From Perkinsus chesapeaki ATCC PRA-425 (taxonomy: Eukaryota; Protista; Perkinsozoa), in contig JAAPAO010000002.1 in assembly GCA_013115145.1 (NCBI GenBank), positions 124,001 to 188,000 on the forward strand: 64,000 bases of DNA. Direction: 5' to 3'. The notes beneath the pieces were generated by a model. The model saw only the letters and a list, made by a program, of their open reading frames with translations. It was not told the DNA's origin and did not search any database. A program made the position numbers and the translations under genes. How positions within the stretch are numbered: the first letter of the stretch is position 1; each line of letters begins with the position of its first letter. Below, one piece after another: positions 26,101-38,244 of the stretch.

Positions 26101-29100
26101 CAAATAAATTTAGTTGACGCTACTTGAGTTTCAAGATACATGTGCTCCTGACCGCCCATTTTGAACTCGCCGCTAACCACAGCGTATTCATTCGGGAGCG
26201 CCTCGTAGTGAGACATGAGCTCACCAACGGAAGCCCCTTGGTCCAGATCAATAACCTTATGGATGCGTAGATAATTCTCTTTTCCTAAAAGGATCGGCGC
26301 AATGCAAACCAGATTGCATCAGTCACTTGATTTTGGTGGGAGCCTAACCTACCAACAACAAGGAGGTCATGGAAGGAATCAGCTTCAATAGCATCCTCTA
26401 TGCTGACTAGAGGCTTTGGAGGATTTTGGGCATACGTTACCTGAAGACGACTAGTTACCTTAATGTTACAATCATTGCTAACACTATCACGGCTCACCTT
26501 AACGGCTCTCGCGGCACACCTGGCAGCGTATCTACTCGTCGCAGCTACCATAGCTAGGATCTAATAACTGTGCTGTGCAGACTGTTGAAGGTGTAGGCTC
26601 TACCTGCCCGCAATGGGAGATGTCGAACCCAGCTTCTTTAACCGCGAATAGCGGCTCATCTTGTGCTATCGCCCCGATAGTAGCTTTCCCTGGCAAATCC
26701 TTCCATGTAACCTGAGAGTGGGTCACAGAACAATCGCGACAATGTGAAAGATCCGTCCGACACATCTTTTCGAAAATCCTCACCTCTTCGACAAATCCTT
26801 GTATTCGATAACATTCAGAGAAATCTATCCAGACAACTGATCCAGTGGCCTGGGTAGTTACAACAAAATCTAGAAATAGTTCGTTGAATGATGCTGGAGC
26901 ATCGTCAACATAGTCGACACATCCTTGGACCTGAAGAGAACTTCGATAGTACACCAGTGCTGTACACAACACCAATTACCTGCTTCTCAGCACCGGTATG
27001 GGGCAGTGGCTGTCCCACAGGATCTATCGGGTCGCCAGTCGATTGGAAGTACTGGACACCCCGCTTTGGTATGGGAGAGAAGTCATACCTTGTAACACGT
27101 TGAAAGGAAAACTCAGTCTTATAATACTCACGCCGTTGAACCTGCTGATATGTCCATACAAAACTTAAAAAGGAAAGACCTGGCGAGGACCATTCGATAT
27201 CGCGGCATACCTACCACCGACAGGCATGCTGATGTGAGCTACTACTTAGACATCACCTCCAGGGACGTCGGTGGAGAGATGGAATTCTTTACGTACCGTG
27301 GCAACCACTTTTCTAGTGGAATGAACATCGCCTATGCGATGGCCCACCAAGGCCTCTTCAGCTTCTCCAGCGCGCACCTGAGCAAGTTCATCCTAATGTT
27401 TGAATAAGGATGCTATGAGTCCCTCGCTTACCGTGCAAGGTGCAAGGCCCCCGAAGGCAACCCTAGCCTTTTTTACCCGGCCATCAGCGCCCACACTAGC
27501 CCCGATAGCACAGTTAACGATAGCCAGGTCATCCTGACGACGTCGCGACATCTTGTACACCCGAAATCTGGACGAGGAAGAAGAATCGTCGTTGGTGTTT
27601 CGATTTATTTCACCTCCGGTCATCAACGGGAACGCTGATACTTATGAGCACCTCACCTTGGCTCAAGTCCACTAAGCGGTACCCAACAAAAAAATCATCT
27701 GCTTTCACCTGTCGACAAGATAGCAAGTTTCTAGATAGCTGGTGGCCTAGATACTTCCCGATATTTTATGACGTCGTCTTCCAAACGTGCCAACTTGAAA
27801 GTGGCACCAGCAGCAACCCAAATGACGTTCAAATCTGAACGTCCAAACCCGATCCACGGCTATTTGACGGCCGAGTAGAGCTTACCGGATACGGAGCATG
27901 CAGTGCAGATATTACCCCCCAGCGTAGCGAAGTTTCTGATGTGCTCGGACGCAAAGACTCCGAGCATAGCTACGAGACCACGAAGCACATCCGAACCACA
28001 GAAGTCAGCTTCTGTGATGATATCCTTTATGGTTGTCAGTGAAACAGCGGAGCCCAGTATGGCATGCCCTGCGGAGCTGTCGAGAAGGACCGAGTTCATC
28101 TCGCCCTGTACCTGATGCAAACCACGATGATGACCACATTACATGAGGGAACAGATGGTAGAGAGCGAAGTAGTGTCAGGAGCCGCAGAGCCTGCTCACT
28201 CTGGAAGTTGATATAATGGCAAGAGGATATGTGTGATTCCCTCCAAAAAACTTTTCGACTCGCCGCTCAGAATGGCCGCCAGAAAGTCTGAGCACACAGT
28301 CCGGGAGCGCACTTCAATCCACTGTTAACAGATATTCTCCTAAACAAGGCTGCGAGCCGCCAGGGGGCCAGGCTCGCGCACGCTATCACCTGTAGTTTCC
28401 CACGTGCCTGGTTAGGGTCAAAAGGTCAATCAGTTGCGTTGGCCTGTAGTAGTCACACCGGGCGCCGAGGTGCCTCCCGGGGACGTATATAGGGACATCA
28501 GGTAGTCCAGGTTGTGATCCATTCACTTCGCTCTCTGCCTGAGCCTAGAACCCATTCAGTAGAGCACGCCTGAGGGGGTCCACCTGATCCGCTCCATTAG
28601 GGATGATCTTTTCAGCATTCTCCACCAAGTTATACATACCCTGTATAATTGGCCTATAACCGGTACAACGGCATAGGTTACCATCAAGAGCCTCCTCTAT
28701 ATCACGAATCTGGCTCACAATTCATAAGCAGAACCCCCCTCCCAATACTACAGTCCGCTTTCCCGCTTGCCACTTGGTGAACGCACTCATAACGAACCCG
28801 GGAGTACAGAAGCCGCATTGAGAAGAATGCGCTTCAACAAGGCTCCTTTGTATAGGGTGAAGTGATTCCCTGCCGCACGAGTACACAGAGTATCACTGCA
28901 GAAGAGCACACACCTTATGCCGCCATCACATCCGTTGGCGACATTTTCGACACCGTTCACGGGAGAGCTGTGACGATCCTAGGGAACATCAGAATAGGTA
29001 TCGGCGTTTCGGAGAAAGTCGAATACCTTGACACCTTCTATGGTCGTGACCTCGCATCCTATCACGTCACACACCGACAGAAGGCAGGCATTTGCAGAGC

Positions 29101-29452
29101 GATGTACCGCCTGAGCAATGTTTCAACTCTACTGGATGAGCCATAGATACCGAGTACCTTTCCCGTAGCGAGATCTGTCGTGTAAATGCTGACAGTACAG
29201 GCTCCGCAGCCCCCTTCTCCACAAGCCAGCTTCGTGCCACAGAGTCCTATGCTACGAAGCCACTCCAGCAACGTAAACTCTGGATCCACATTCTCTAGCA
29301 CAGTGCACCTAGTGACGTGATTCAGCTCGACAAGTCGAATCAAACTACCGTCCATTCAGCTTCAAAGAAGGATAGCTGTCGGCCGACTCTTCGAAATTCA
29401 ACAGCAATGTCTTTCGCCGACGCTGCAAGCTTTCGTCAGATGCAAAGTTCAT
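23182..29452 (-). CDS. Xanthine dehydrogenase/aldehyde oxidase-family paralog, copy B (altered substrate pocket)
   Basis: Same domain order, with shared intron positions where checked. Start [14 protein letters not shown]; motifs [69 protein letters not shown] and KAVGEPPLF. Confidence 0.9.
23661..23775. repeat. Partner of tract 16862-16976
   Basis: Direct visual alignment of the two copies. Confidence 0.85.
28621..28712. repeat. Partner of tract 21589-21680
   Basis: Direct visual alignment of the two copies. Confidence 0.85.
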
Positions 29453-30051
29453 CTCAAAATCCCTGAGTTATTCCGCATTGGCAGCCACTTGACAACACAA
29501 GCCTTCAGGTTTATAATGTAATTCAATAATCCGGCCCCTCAGCCCACTGCTACTGCAAGTGAATCAAAGATCGCCATGGTGTAGGACCTTATACTACAGC
29601 CACGAGAATAAAGATAACAATGTTGGACATCAGTGAGAATACAAGCAACAGTAGTAGGTGCAGTGGTGACTTCAACGACTGATAATGCATACTGCTTCAT
29701 GGCGTTATGGGCAAAGTGGCAAAATCATACAAACCTTCAGTAAAAACGAGCCGGCAGAGAATGAGCTCACAAAAGTAGGTGATACCCTAGACCGATACAT
29801 GCTGCCAGTATGGTTTAACCGACGAACCCCAAATTATAAATAGCACCTTCCAGCCAGGCCGGTATTCACCAGCATCGGGAACTTCGTCGCTGCATTCAAA
29901 GTACTATGAAAACAGAGCACTACCAAACAAATCAATGGTACACTGCAGTATTGCAGCAGCTACTAGCACAGATGGCGGGGAGCTAGTAGGCTCCAACAGC
30001 AACCCGAATAACAGCTACAAGCGGACGACCGAAGCCTGTCATCAAACCCGT

Positions 30052-33000
30052 TTACCACGGCGATTTCTCCGTTACGGGTTCGAGCTTGGAAGATGTCGGT
30101 TCTGAGCCTTTACTGCGAGCATACAAGCCGATTCTATCTTGGTTCTCAGACTCGCTAAAGGCATAACCGGTCGAGTTGACACGGTCACGAAGCGGCCTCG
30201 GTGCTGGCTCCTGGGCAACTTCAGCCGAGGCCAACGTGGTGGTACGCTCGATGGCAGTGAGATTAGGAACCAACACTTCAGCAGCACCGCCTACTTCCGG
30301 ACCGCCTTTACCAATCACAAGATCATGCACACCCATATGAAGCCTCTCCTTGACGATACGAGCATTATCAGGATGGAAGAGAGACATATGAGTGTGATAG
30401 AAGATGAGAGGTAAAACAGCGGTAGCCCAGGCCATAAGGCAGATGGCAACCCCCATAGGGTTAAATAGTATATCCCACAGGAAATCACGATACATTATGA
30501 ACAGGGCCGCGATGAATACGACAGTACAAATATTATACAGAACGTGAGTAGTGAACCAATGGAAGGAGTTGACCCAGCGATAGATCATTAGGTTCATTAG
30601 AGGAATCAAGCACACCATCACTAGAACCGATAGCTCAGGCAGAGTAGTAACTACCATACCAGATCGGTTCCTTATAAATACACTGGAAAAGCAAATACTT
30701 ACTATCAAGCAAGCGCCTCCGACATAAAAGGCGTGCCAGAACCACATGCCCAGCACACGCTTAGAGAACAGCGGCCTAGGCCATTTGTATAGGAATGAGC
30801 ACCGGGCGAGGATGTTGTAGGGTAAATCTCTATCAAATACAGCATAGGCCATGACGGGAAGGAGAGTAAATAAGGTATTGTACCAGGATTTGAGGAAAGC
30901 ATCATATATAATAGAACCCGAGAACATGCAGAAAGGACCAAACAACATAGCCAATATTCCAAAGGCAACATTCTTGAACACAGTGTAGTAGATAAAGAGA
31001 GTGTTCTTCCTAATGGTCTCACGACCGTGTACGAAAAGAAGCCTCTGCAAATTGCAAAACCGTGGGATTGCAAAATCTGCAGCTCTCACGGCCTGGGCTC
31101 CCTCCCGGCCAGCAACACCGACACCAACGTCGGCAGTAACGATCATACCCACATCATTGGCACCATCACCGATGGCCAACATAGTTCCACTGCTGTGGTA
31201 CTTTTGGCTCCAAGCGACAACATCTGCCTTTTGAGCTGGTGATACACGGCATGCAATCACCGTACCACACTTAGTCAAGCCAACCGAGAAGAACTCCTCC
31301 CGCAGATCACTCTGTGCCAAGATAGTAGCGAGACAATCACCCAAGATAGTCAGGGAGACCGTCCGGGGTGGTGCACCGCTATCAGATATGTCCTGGAGCT
31401 TCTCCATGATCTCCTTCTCGTTCATGTCAGGATCCTGCATCACAAAGTTCTCCCCATGTGGGTCTATAAGGTTGCTCGACCTTCCGATGTTGATGGCGGT
31501 TTCCACCTTATCTCCGGTCAAGATCCACATACTTATACCAGCAGCCCGGATTTCAGCAATTGTCTCGGGCACATGGTCTTGCAGTTTATCTTCAATACCA
31601 GTAGCGCCAACGATGGTGATACCCATCTCGGCCTGTGCTATCAGGTCACTGAGAGACTCAGCGTCTCCATCGGCACGGGCCTTAGCATAGCTTTGACGCC
31701 AAGAATCCAGTGGGAAGTCAGTGAGATCACGAATGCCCAAAACCAATGTTCTGAGACCCTGGGTAGCAAGGCCCAGAAGATAGCTGGTCAGGCCCTGCGA
31801 GTCGGTCTCAGGCCGGGCGATTTCTAGCATAGTGGAATCTGCTCCCTTGACAAGGAGCACGACCTTACCGGTGGTGGGACTGCGCACGATAACACTCATG
31901 CGCTTGCGTACGTTGTCAAATTCTAGGACCTCCAAAACCTCGTAGTTTATAAAATCAGTGTCATCAGCAGCACCACCATCATAACCGATTAGCTTCTTAG
32001 CCCAGTCGTCGGTGAACTTCATGACAATATTGTGAGCGCTCGGTCTTCCCCAGAACTCGAAACCAAGTGCTCGGGCGCCAGCAACCAGAGCTAGCTCATC
32101 AGGTGATGATGCATCATAGAGATCCTCGCTATCATCATCAGGCTTGGGGTCTTCTATTTGCCCGCCACTGCTCGAGCCGCCACCATTGGTCTCGAGAGAA
32201 GCGGAAGATTCAAACTTCTGTGTCATCATATTTACTTGTCCGTGAACTGATACGTCGTCGGAATCAACTTCATCCCGTTGCTGCCGAAGTACAGAATGAC
32301 AGAGTCCCAAGACAAGCAAAGAGCGACGGAGGTTAGCCTGGTCCTTGCCAGTTGAAAGTGCTTGAATGCCTCTAGAGGGGAATATCGGACTCACGTGGGT
32401 ATCAGTCGGCCGCATAGAATGGGGGTTTGGGCCGAACTTCCGGTTTAAGTCACCCATGATACCAAGTGTATTAAGAAGCATGCAATTCTCCGTGAGAGTG
32501 CCTGTCTTATCTGAAAACACGTGAGTCACGCATCCCAGATCATCGGCCGTTCCAGCCGAATTGGTTGACGCCTTCACATCGCCATAGGTCATTTTCCTAT
32601 CGCGAGAAATGATATAACCCTGCACCACCTTGACGATCTCCAAAGTAGTCAACAGAGAGATAGGGACAAAGAGAGTGAATTGAAGAACAAGGCGACCAAA
32701 AACTTCAATCACTTCACGGATCTTCGTACCAATGGTTTCCTCCGGACGCTCCAAATACCAATTATCCTGCCATAGGTTGCTCCACAGAGCGTAAGAGACC
32801 GCCGATATAATACAGAAAAACATTTGTAGTGCGAAAAGCTGCAAGATATGAGTGTTATACATCTTCATAAGCTTTGACATCTTATATCTTCCCGAAGAGG
32901 ACGCCGCCGAGTTGACCATCAGTCTAGTGTTGTGACCTGTGTAAACAACAACGCCCCAGGCATATTTCGTGGTTCTTATACTTGACCCACGAAGCACCAG

Positions 33001-33792
33001 CTGATCAGCCGACAAAGCCACTGGGGCCTCGCTATTCACGACGATAGACCCAGTGAATGAGTACAACGATGCCGTCGGCTGCTCATACACAATACGGACG
33101 CAAAGATGGTCATCAACATTAGCCGACGCCGCAGCATTCATCTTGCGCACATCTAATGCCTGCGTCTCCTCAAGGCAGACCTTAGCCTTCAGGTTAGTCT
33201 CACCATCGAGATCTTTGGTTTCGACATACACAGTGCCAGTATCGTCGGAACTCGATAGCAAGACCATATCAGCAGGAACACCTTCGCCCTTCCGGAGTCG
33301 CACCACATTACCAACCACCAGACTAGACCACGGAACCTTCTCCAACTGCCCTGTGGCAACGTTCAATCGCACAGCTTGCCTGGAGTTCTCAACAGCATCA
33401 GATCTATGCCTTCTATAATCTTCGATGGCATCTTTCAAAGCGGTCACACCGAGCACAAGTGCCAGAGGCGTGAGCATAGTCGGTTTACCATTAGAGTCAG
33501 AGATTGCAGGTATCAATTGCAACATTGCCATGCAGAGAAAATAGACGTTGGAGAAGACGTGGAATTGGTACCACAAGTTCTTGGGCAGAAACGTAAGCAG
33601 TGTGTATTTACTGGTCATTATTGAATTTGACCAGCTCTGGACACATTTACTGCAGAGCTTCGGTACGTTAACCGCACATATAAGTTGCGCATCCTGGGGC
33701 ATTGCATCCTTCTGCTTTCGACATAAAAACTTCGGCAGATAGCGCCGCCAGGACTGACGCTTTGTCTCTGAAGACGCGCCTATCCTAGGCAT
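30052..33792 (-). CDS. P4-type ATPase (phospholipid flippase), intronless, 1246 aa
   Basis: DGETNLK, PISL in TM4, DKTGTLT phosphorylation motif, TGDKVETA, GDGANDVGMI and the P4-type TM layout. Confidence 0.95.
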   Translation of the reverse strand: MPRIGASSETKRQSWRRYLPKFLCRKQKDAMPQDAQLICAVNVPKLCSKCVQSWSNSIMTSKYTLLTFLPKNLWYQFHVFSNVYFLCMAMLQLIPAISDSNGKPTMLTPLALVLGVTALKDAIEDYRRHRSDAVENSRQAVRLNVATGQLEKVPWSSLVVGNVVRLRKGEGVPADMVLLSSSDDTGTVYVETKDLDGETNLKAKVCLEETQALDVRKMNAAASANVDDHLCVRIVYEQPTASLYSFTGSIVVNSEAPVALSADQLVLRGSSIRTTKYAWGVVVYTGHNTRLMVNSAASSSGRYKMSKLMKMYNTHILQLFALQMFFCIISAVSYALWSNLWQDNWYLERPEETIGTKIREVIEVFGRLVLQFTLFVPISLLTTLEIVKVVQGYIISRDRKMTYGDVKASTNSAGTADDLGCVTHVFSDKTGTLTENCMLLNTLGIMGDLNRKFGPNPHSMRPTDTHVSPIFPSRGIQALSTGKDQANLRRSLLVLGLCHSVLRQQRDEVDSDDVSVHGQVNMMTQKFESSASLETNGGGSSSGGQIEDPKPDDDSEDLYDASSPDELALVAGARALGFEFWGRPSAHNIVMKFTDDWAKKLIGYDGGAADDTDFINYEVLEVLEFDNVRKRMSVIVRSPTTGKVVLLVKGADSTMLEIARPETDSQGLTSYLLGLATQGLRTLVLGIRDLTDFPLDSWRQSYAKARADGDAESLSDLIAQAEMGITIVGATGIEDKLQDHVPETIAEIRAAGISMWILTGDKVETAINIGRSSNLIDPHGENFVMQDPDMNEKEIMEKLQDISDSGAPPRTVSLTILGDCLATILAQSDLREEFFSVGLTKCGTVIACRVSPAQKADVVAWSQKYHSSGTMLAIGDGANDVGMIVTADVGVGVAGREGAQAVRAADFAIPRFCNLQRLLFVHGRETIRKNTLFIYYTVFKNVAFGILAMLFGPFCMFSGSIIYDAFLKSWYNTLFTLLPVMAYAVFDRDLPYNILARCSFLYKWPRPLFSKRVLGMWFWHAFYVGGACLIVSICFSSVFIRNRSGMVVTTLPELSVLVMVCLIPLMNLMIYRWVNSFHWFTTHVLYNICTVVFIAALFIMYRDFLWDILFNPMGVAICLMAWATAVLPLIFYHTHMSLFHPDNARIVKERLHMGVHDLVIGKGGPEVGGAAEVLVPNLTAIERTTTLASAEVAQEPAPRPLRDRVNSTGYAFSESENQDRIGLYARSKGSEPTSSKLEPVTEKSPW

Positions 33793-33794
33793 TT

Positions 33795-33823
33795 CTAGAA
33801 CGAATCAAAACTTACAAAAAATA
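33795..33823 (-). promoter_or_regulatory. Putative trans-splice acceptor upstream of the flippase
   Basis: Minus strand ttttttgtaagttttgattcgttctag directly precedes aaATG. Confidence 0.35.
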
Positions 33824-33964
33824 ACGAATGCCTGAATACCCCCTTTTAACGCGACACGCACGGTGGTGATGCGAAATGTTACGTAAAAATACAATATTGA
33901 TAGATGACAAACTGAACGTCAATAAGAAATACGAGCTAGAAGCAACATACAACATTTGAGTCGA

Positions 33965-35317
33965 TCACATACTCTTCGAGTGCCCTACCTCAGAGTCATC
34001 ATCGGTGTCATCCTCGGCCTCACTCTCTCCATTTTCATATATGGTATCAAAAATAAAGCTCCGGGTAGAGCTAGCAGCGCGCCGGCTAACATGGCGACTT
34101 TGGAGGACCCCGGAACTGCGGTCATCCGACGAGCTCAATAACTCACCTCGTGGCCGCTCACATAGTATGCATACACTCGAATCGTCATAGTTGACACAGC
34201 GGCATTCCGGGCACTCCCATTGGCTAGAAAGGCCTGTAAGGAACCCACAGGCATTACCTTCTTTTGGGGAACCCGGCTCCGACCGGTTGTCACGGAGGCG
34301 AAGGCCAATTAAATGCTGCTGGCCAGCTTGAAGCCACAAAGAGTACTTGGAGGTCATATAAACATCCGCATCGAAGTTACGACAGCCCTCTTCCGCTGCA
34401 GTACGGAATGTAGCGTGAAACAGAGTAGCTGACCTGGAGGCTCGGGACTTGTCCGCGTACGCCTCGAAACGCTTACGCTCACTCTCATCCTCGACAAAGT
34501 CAAGTAAGGATTTGCCATGCATAGGCGCGAGAAAGACGTAGTCCAACCTGGGGTCAGAGTCCCCGACAATACGAAGATCGTTGTCAACCCAGATGGTCGC
34601 GTCAAAGCTGGCTCGGAGCAAATCGTGCATGTGGGACTTGTAACTATCAGCCTCTCGCTCTGCCACGATTCGAGCGATGGTCTCAAGATGAACCGGAGTA
34701 AGAACGGCCAAGACAATGGCACAACTACACCAGTAGGCTGAAATATACTCCTGGTGGATGGTGTCAAAGTCGGCAATTTCGGCAATAGATACAATCGAGA
34801 TTATTGCATTCTTTACGAGACACAGTATGATCGTGACCCAGTAGGAATAGCTAGTGAATCCTGTGACGAGAAACAGAAAAATATTACTGCAGAAGCCATA
34901 CGGACTACTTAGAAGTGATACAGTCCGACTTAAGTAGATAAGTTGGATAACGTGAAGGCCGACTCCGAATACGACAAGTTCTTGAGCGGAGAGAGCCGAT
35001 TGCCCAGGCTTCGCCGGCACCTTGCCGATGTAGGGAGCGAACCAGCCATCAAGCAAAGGCCGCACAAATACGAGGACAAAAAGACTAGTATCACAGTTAG
35101 CAAGAAAGTAAAGGGCAAATAGAAATGGGGGTAGGAGCCAGCTCAACGCTCTGTACAGAATAACGGCCCGACGCTCACAGGTCGATCGTAATTCGGCTGC
35201 TATATGCTCCCGGGCTTCAGGCACTAGTGGTATGTCCCTCTCGATGAATGGCATAATTCTCTGAAGCCGGTCGATGTGCCATAGCGCTGCTCGATCCAAG
35301 AACGATGATAGGCTCAT
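33965..35317 (-). CDS. Intronless multi-TM protein with PAS-like domain and RanBP2-type zinc finger, 450 aa
   Basis: Several hydrophobic helices in the N-terminal half; LLRASFDATIWVDNDLRIV...GKSLLDFVEDESERKRF (PAS-like); WECPECRCVNYDDSSVCILCERPR (W-x-C-x2-C-x3-N-x6-C-x2-C). Confidence 0.75.
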   Translation of the reverse strand: MSLSSFLDRAALWHIDRLQRIMPFIERDIPLVPEAREHIAAELRSTCERRAVILYRALSWLLPPFLFALYFLANCDTSLFVLVFVRPLLDGWFAPYIGKVPAKPGQSALSAQELVVFGVGLHVIQLIYLSRTVSLLSSPYGFCSNIFLFLVTGFTSYSYWVTIILCLVKNAIISIVSIAEIADFDTIHQEYISAYWCSCAIVLAVLTPVHLETIARIVAEREADSYKSHMHDLLRASFDATIWVDNDLRIVGDSDPRLDYVFLAPMHGKSLLDFVEDESERKRFEAYADKSRASRSATLFHATFRTAAEEGCRNFDADVYMTSKYSLWLQAGQQHLIGLRLRDNRSEPGSPKEGNACGFLTGLSSQWECPECRCVNYDDSSVCILCERPRGELLSSSDDRSSGVLQSRHVSRRAASSTRSFIFDTIYENGESEAEDDTDDDSEVGHSKSM

Positions 35318-35813
35318 TTGGGCTTAAACGTACTGAAAACATTTTATACACTTTTGGAAGAATCTTCGAGCTAGCGACTACACGGGAACTCCATTGGCAC
35401 TCAGTGATACCCTCCCATACGACGAACTGTCTGAAAGTACACCAATAGGGTCCCTCAATGCTCGATGCAGCACTAGCACCGACTTGTACTTTCCTACTCA
35501 TACCATAGTACTATACATCCGGCAAGTACCCCTAACATTACACCATGAGTTACACATGAACGAAAACTTCGCTAAATTGTCGTCGAGGGAGAGAATAAGT
35601 TAGTGTGGGCCCAATGACATATACAGACAAGCATTGGGAGCATGTGAAAGCAGGATGTGATACCACAGAGACCGCATAAACCAATGCCCGGGGTGACCGA
35701 GTGCGGAAAATCAAAATTGCAAAATAAGTTTTACTTCGCTCCGCTCAGAGAGACAGTGCGCACGCCCCGTCCCTCCAAGCCCTGTCTGTCCACAACTCAT
35801 CGTTGGCTCTTCC

Positions 35814-38244
35814 ATGTCATCTGAAGGCAGTCTCGAGCCGCCTCAAGAAGAGGATCAGCAACAGGGGGACCTCTCCTATGCTGTACTGGACTACTCTATC
35901 AACTGGACGGACTTCTGCGAGAAACATGGAATTGGTACTACTTGGTTAACAACTATTCGTTACTTGGGGGACGGATTTAGTTTACTTGTGAAGTGGGGTC
36001 AGTGGCGTATATCGATTGACCCTTAGATCGGCGTATATCGAAGGCTCTGAACAAGCTGGAGTTCGAGAGGCCGGCTCTTGTGCAGTCCAGAGCCATCCCT
36101 CCCGTACTGGAGAACAAAGATGTCTTAGTGAAGGCCAGAACTGGGTAATAGTGAAGAGGGAGCGAAGTGGACCAACGGTTTTCGTATAGATGTGGTAAAA
36201 CAATCGCTTACGTGGTGCCCCTGCTGCAACAGTTGTTGGCAACTTCCCCTAAGAGCGGAACGAGGCATCCGTTGACAGCCTTTGTGCTGGTTCCAACCAA
36301 GGAACTCTGCGTACAGGTACTATTATATGCTTTAGAGACTCTCAGTTAAAGCGACTCGGTCTTCTCATAGGTAAATCAAGTAGTAAGCTCGTTGTTGCAT
36401 TATGCATTTGATGTTATCTCCTGTGATATGCATACTACTACTCATCCCTATCGGAAGGCCCTTCCCAGTATCTTGGTTTGCACTCCCGCGGCATGCTTGT
36501 CGGTTTTGAAGGCGAGAAAGGATCTGGGTCCTGCCATCAAACACTTGGTTATTGACGAAGCCGACTTGATGCTCTCTTATGGATACGAAGAGGATATCAA
36601 GGGGGTTCTCGGGTACCTCGATCGCTACCAGTGTATGCTACTCAGTGCTACTCTTAACGACGATGTGGAGACTTTAAAGGGTCTTTGCCTACATAAGCCT
36701 GTTATTGTCAAACTAGAGGACGCGGAGAGCGGTGCTGCGGGTGGCGAAGGCCATTTGAAGCAGTTCTACCTACCTTTAAGGCCCGATGAGAAATACTTGG
36801 TCGTGTATGGTCTGCTCAAGCTGAAGCTCTTAGTGGGCAAGACCCTTATCTTCGCTAAGGACATTGATAGTGCCTACCGGTACAAGCTCCTCCTAGATAA
36901 ATTCTCAATGGGAAGCGTAGCCGTCCTCAACTACGAGTTGCCATTCCTGAGTCGGAACCAGATCATCGAATCATTCAACATGAACGCCATCGATGTGCTA
37001 ATCGCGACTAATCAAGCGGTGTCGGGCTCAGGAGCCGAGGAGCAGGCTATTCACAGGTAGTGGGGTCGACGGAGTCTCGGGAACGTCTTGATGTTTGCTC
37101 TCGTGCAGAGGGCTCGACTTCGTTGACGTGAAGGCTGTTCTTAATGCTGACATGCCGGAGACTGCTAGAGAGTACATCCATCGTGTTGGAAGGACGGCTC
37201 GAGGTGAGAGTCTTCGAATGCCAAAGCAGTTGTGTTCGCTCCAGGCAGGCTATTATTCCATTTCTAGGTGGCGCCAATGGTACTGCCTTGACATTAGTGG
37301 ATGACATTGAGCAATGGGAGGAGGTAGTTGTGCGGGAACTTTTAGAAAGTACGAAAGAGAAGTACCGACTCAGATTTTGGAGGAGATCGAAGAGGCTGGG
37401 GTCGAGATTGATGCTTTGCCTCTCGACATCGGCGAGCTCAGCAGCTTGAAGTACCGTGTCGATGATGTATCTCATTCGATCACCAAGAAGGTAGGCTTCG
37501 GGCCTGCAGTACCCCGATAAAGGAATGATGCTCAGGCTGTAGCGGCACTACGCCAATCTGAGCTTATGAGGGAGGTGTTGCATTCGGATAAGATGAAGCA
37601 GCAGCTACAGGAGAATACAGAGGATGCGAAAGCACTCCGGAAGAGCTTGAGGCAGAATAATGCCAAGGTGATCGAGAGTCCTACGGCCTTCAGCATCATA
37701 TACTGCTACCCGCAGGTTGCTGGATCCACTATCAAGAAGAACCTCAAGGACCTTCCGGATTATCTTGTGCCCCAAAGTTTCCTAAACTCGTTAGATGACG
37801 ACGGTGACGAGTCGAATCCTGTTAAGTTGGCGGCTTTGAGTAAGGGAAGTACAACGGATGGAAGAAAAGGGAAAGGTATATGTTGCCAGTGTTTTGGTTG
37901 ATGCGTACAGGTTGCTAGCAGGTCTTAAGAGAAAGCTATCCTCTGATCCCTTGAAGACCTTCGAATCGACAAGGAAGCGCTTGCTGACCGGGAGCATGCG
38001 AGATCGTATGCTGCGTAGAGAACCCTCAAACGGTGAGACTTGGTATTGCTGCGAGGCTAAAGTCTCGATTATTTCAGTCGGAGTAAATGTCGAGTCTTTG
38101 GCTCCTATTTCTGGCCGTAAATTATGGAAGATCCGTCACAAAAAGCACGTCGGCGGCCACAGTGATCGTGCCGGGCAGCCAAAGGTGAACTCTCTAGCCA
38201 TGAAGAAGCGCCGGAAGAAGTTCCAGCTCGGCGGAAGGAGCTAA
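35814..38244 (+). CDS. DDX56: DEAD-box RNA helicase DBP9/DDX56
   Basis: KARTG|[38 protein letters not shown], a YKLLLDKF region and a basic C-terminus. Confidence 0.88.

Noticed and set aside
27657-27667. CTTGGCTCAAG, identical to the 3' half of the perkinsid spliced leader
   Set aside because: It is antisense to an XDH copy B exon (codons for DLSQG), lacks the 5' half of the SL and has no following GT donor. Chance match.
23182-29452. XDH copy B as a pseudogene
   Set aside because: All exons checked by hand splice in frame at positions shared with copy A and keep the cofactor motifs. Not every exon was checked.
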